Assembly (NCBI GenBank): GCA_964620665.1
Contig: CAZUJZ010000001.1
Span: 1-46,397 of the forward strand
Direction of reading: 5' to 3'
Length of the DNA stretch: 46,397 bases
Source of the DNA: an uncultured Desulfofustis sp.
Lineage (GTDB): Bacteria > Desulfobacterota > Desulfobulbia > Desulfobulbales > Desulfocapsaceae
Both the position numbers and the translations under genes were made by a program. How positions within the stretch are numbered: position 1 is the first letter of the stretch; each line of letters begins with the position of its first letter. The notes beneath the pieces were generated by a model. The model did not search any database, was not told the DNA's origin, and was given only the letters and a program-made list of their open reading frames with translations. Positions 43,901-46,397 of the stretch are shown in pieces.

Positions 43901-44017
43901 GGATCGTTCCACCAGGTAGACGTAGTAACCGGAATCGGCAAGATCCAGTGCTGCCTGCATACCGGTGATTCCGCCACCAACGATCATCACCGAGCCGACT
44001 TTTTGCGTGTCCAGCAT
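40952..44017 (-). CDS. hdrA: HdrA-like flavoprotein (large form, two FAD-binding motifs), 1021 aa, Sec61
   Basis: ORFs 43835..44017 and 40952..43786 are in frame. UGA 43835-43837 gives [19 protein letters not shown]. Two GGGxxG motifs, QCVGSR twice, ferredoxin motifs. Confidence 0.92.
43795..43815 (-). promoter_or_regulatory. SECIS-like hairpin of hdrA
   Basis: mRNA UUGAGUGC-GGUCG-GCACUUAA, starting 19 nt after the UGA. Confidence 0.7.
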
Positions 44018-44122
44018 GAGAGATGTCTCCTTTTCAAAAATTGCATATGGTGCCCTGAGGTCCAGACGGCCACATACGTGTTATATCGATTTCTCCCGAG
44101 CGATCATTATCATCCCTCGCAG

Positions 44123-45613
44123 CTACTGTGCTTCGGAAGCGTGCTCGGTCGCCTCGGTTTCCTGGCCCGGCTGGATCAGGGAATCGGCGACCAGCTCCCA
44201 CAGGTACTTGACTTCGATGCCGAGATCGTACTCGCTGTTGAGCGATTTCAGCAGCTGATCGCGACAGTTGTGGCACGGGGCAATGACCAGATGCGCCTCC
44301 GTCTCCCGGACCTGGCGCGCCTTGACGCGCCCGTAGTAGACCCGCTCAGGGCCAAACGGCATGGCCCAGGCGCCACCGCCGGCACCGCAGCAGTAGTTGG
44401 ATTCACGATTCGGCTCCATGTCTTTGTAATCCGGACAGCAGAGCTTGGTGATGATCCGCCCTTCCTCGTAATACGCCTTGCCGAAGGTCTTCTCTGATTT
44501 GCGCCCATAGTTGCAGGGATCGTGATAGGTCGCCCGCATCTGATGCTTACTGTTATCGAGCTTGATCTTCCCTTCATCGATGTATTCGAGCAGCAGATCG
44601 AAGACCGACATGATCTTGAACTCTTTCAGTGCTTCCGGAAACCATTTGTTCAACCCGGACCGGGTTGCGAAGTAGGCGTGGCCTCACTCGGGCAGTAGCA
44701 GCACCTCGCATTTGAGACGCCGCATATTGTCGACGATCCGCCCGACAACAGTCTTCATCGCCTCGTCGTCGCCGGAGAAAAGCCCCCAGTTGACACCCTC
44801 CCAGTTTTCCGCCGGGATCGTCCAGGACTCGCCGGCGGCATGGAAAATGCGCCACCAATACTTCATGTCGTCCGGCTCGGCAAAAGGTTCCTTGGAGTTG
44901 ACGGTGACCATGACCCGGGCTCCGACCACGTCGACCGGTGTCTTGAAGCCGGTCAAACCCTCTTCGGCCAGCTCCTCTCCCAACTCCTCCAGCAGAAAGA
45001 GAAAATCATCCTTCGGGATGCCCAGATTGTTGCCACGCTCCAGGCAGGTAGCCACGCCTTTGTGGATCGGGCCGGGAACCAGGTTCCGATCGCGCATGCC
45101 GCGCAACCGTCTCATCAAGGCAAGGATCTCCACGCCGGCCGGACAGGCGTTCTCGCACTTGCCGCACATGGTGCATTTCCACGGCCAATTGCTGTCCAGC
45201 AATTCTTTTTCCAGACCAAGGACAGCCATACGCACGAGCTTGCGTGGATCAAGTCCGTCGACGCCGGCAATCGGACAGGCGCTGGCACAGGTGCCACAGG
45301 TGAGACAGATATCGGCCCATTGGGCATCGGCGTACACCGTCTTCTCCGCATAACCGATATCCAGGGGCTGTGGCTGGTCCCGAAGATTCTCGTATCTATG
45401 GATTTTTTCCTCGTCGACGTTGCTGGTCGGCTTGATCTGCGGCTTTCGGCCGAACTTGGCGCACAAGGTCTGGTAGTCCTCGAACTTCATCAGATACTTG
45501 CGACCAGGGCCCTCCTTGGCTCGGAGGGTCCCGGAATTAATCCAGTTCCTGATGGTGTTGCGATGAACACCGAACTCCTCCGCCATTTCGCTGACTCTGA
45601 ATTCATACATCAT
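44123..45613 (-). CDS. HTH-fused HdrD/HmcF-like (Fe-S)-binding selenoprotein, 496 aa, Sec310
   Basis: ORFs 44684..45613 and 44123..44653 are in frame; the UGA gives PE-U-GHAY (family motif ECGH). N-terminal HTH, two CxxCxxCxxxC motifs, CCG domain (YHDPCN, CCG, PCHNC). Confidence 0.88.
44651..44667 (-). promoter_or_regulatory. SECIS-like hairpin of the HTH-HdrD gene
   Basis: mRNA CAACCC-GGUCC-GGGUUG, starting 16 nt after the UGA. Confidence 0.75.
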
Positions 45614-46106
45614 CTAGGGTCACCTCATTGAGCTGATTTGATAAAATGCGTTTGAGCATATCGCATGTTTTTGCAACGGCACCAGTCATCGTCGACGAAA
45701 GTCCCGGTTCGATTTCAGCGGGGATATATTCGGCCTGGGCGGCCACGATCGTGACCGTGATGCCGGTGTGTTCTTCGAGTTCGTGCAGGAGGTTGACGGT
45801 GGGAAACTGATGCAGGGAGAAATCATGGATCTTCTTGGCAGGAATCGATCGGGAATCGATCAGAAACACGTCGCCGGGCTGTCGATCGGGAAAATCAACG
45901 GCATCGAGGATGATGATATGCTCCGGCCGGCCTTCCTCGGTGAGCAGATAGTCGAACAGGTACTCCCGGATGCCGGTCATCGCATCGACGGCTTCCACCT
46001 CTTCCGGCAGGTCGCCGCCTTCGTTCAGGGCGGCGACAACCGCCGGTCCGAAACCGTCGTCTCCCATGAGGAGATTACCACAGCCAAAAATCATCGTAGA
46101 AGGCAT
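45603..46106 (-). CDS. Hydrogenase maturation protease (HybD/HycI family)
   Basis: GCGNLLMGDDGFG, IILDAVD, FSLHQ; overlaps the next gene by 11 nt. Confidence 0.9.
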   Translation of the reverse strand: MPSTMIFGCGNLLMGDDGFGPAVVAALNEGGDLPEEVEAVDAMTGIREYLFDYLLTEEGRPEHIIILDAVDFPDRQPGDVFLIDSRSIPAKKIHDFSLHQFPTVNLLHELEEHTGITVTIVAAQAEYIPAEIEPGLSSTMTGAVAKTCDMLKRILSNQLNEVTLDDV

Positions 46107-46117
46107 ACTTGGTCTCT

Positions 46118-46260
46118 TTGTGCAAAAGTTGCAACTGCATTTATACGTCGGACAAAACTACCCCTACAAAAAGGATATTTCAAGCAGATTTTAACGGAAC
46201 TTTCATATTTTCTGATAGAAACGGTTGCAGGCATCAGAAATCATTGTGCAAAGATTGCAC
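46118..46260. promoter_or_regulatory. Two copies of TTGTGCAA-N3-TTGCA upstream of the hydrogenase cluster (candidate operators)
   Basis: TTGTGCAAAAGTTGCA (46118-46133) and TTGTGCAAAGATTGCAC (46244-46260), within an AT-rich region. Confidence 0.55.
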
Positions 46261-46397
46261 TCGGCAACAACAGGTTGGTTACGGGGAGATGCCGCCGGCA
46301 GCAAACTTACCGGCGGACGACCGACCGGCGAATAATGGCGGATGAAGACTCTGCGTGAATGTGTCAGGCGGGAAACGCCGGTCAATAACCCGACGGA

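Noticed and set aside
38175..44686. Reading the four in-frame UGAs as pseudogene-causing stops
   Set aside because: All four are UGA, all fall at conserved Cys positions, all are followed by SECIS-like hairpins, and the frames continue intact.
45460..45613. Excisionase-like HTH as a sign of a prophage or integrative element
   Set aside because: It is fused in frame to an Fe-S enzyme inside a metabolic operon; no integrase, att-like repeats or phage genes were seen.

Overview
GC-rich (about 60%) chromosomal window from an anaerobe, most likely a sulfate-reducing Desulfobacterota member (inferred from gene content). From left to right it contains: (1) an IclR / class-III aminotransferase / amino-acid ABC binding-protein unit; (2) a DUF134 regulator with two Gly/Arg-rich mini-proteins; (3) a cobalamin riboswitch with attenuator, followed by an unannotated 64-aa ORF; (4) a 356-aa hypothetical protein that looks like a divergent diadenylate-cyclase (DAC) fold; (5) a HerA-like ATPase; (6) apbE-nqrABCDEF plus an NqrM-like ORF; (7) corC-lnt-prfB (programmed +1 frameshift) and a GlcF-like Fe-S protein; (8) accC and a fused accA/accD; (9) a DsrE-like gene, aroC, a ClC transporter, gltBD and a PilZ gene; (10) at the right end, a minus-strand hydrogenase/heterodisulfide-reductase-like cluster. 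The main finding is this last cluster. Four of its genes are broken in the ORF track by in-frame UGA codons at conserved Cys positions. Each UGA is followed by a SECIS-like hairpin, so these are four selenoproteins: an HdrD-like protein, HdrA, MvhD and the [NiFeSe] large subunit MvhA. The HdrD-like selenoenzyme takes the place of HdrBC and carries an N-terminal excisionase/MerR-type helix-turn-helix. The upstream region has two copies of a TGCAA-N3-TTGCA palindrome 126 bp apart, which suggests a redox enzyme that may regulate its own operon. A motif-degenerate HypD paralog and a small Cys/His protein follow the cluster. No mobile elements, CRISPR arrays, rRNA or tRNA genes were recognised.
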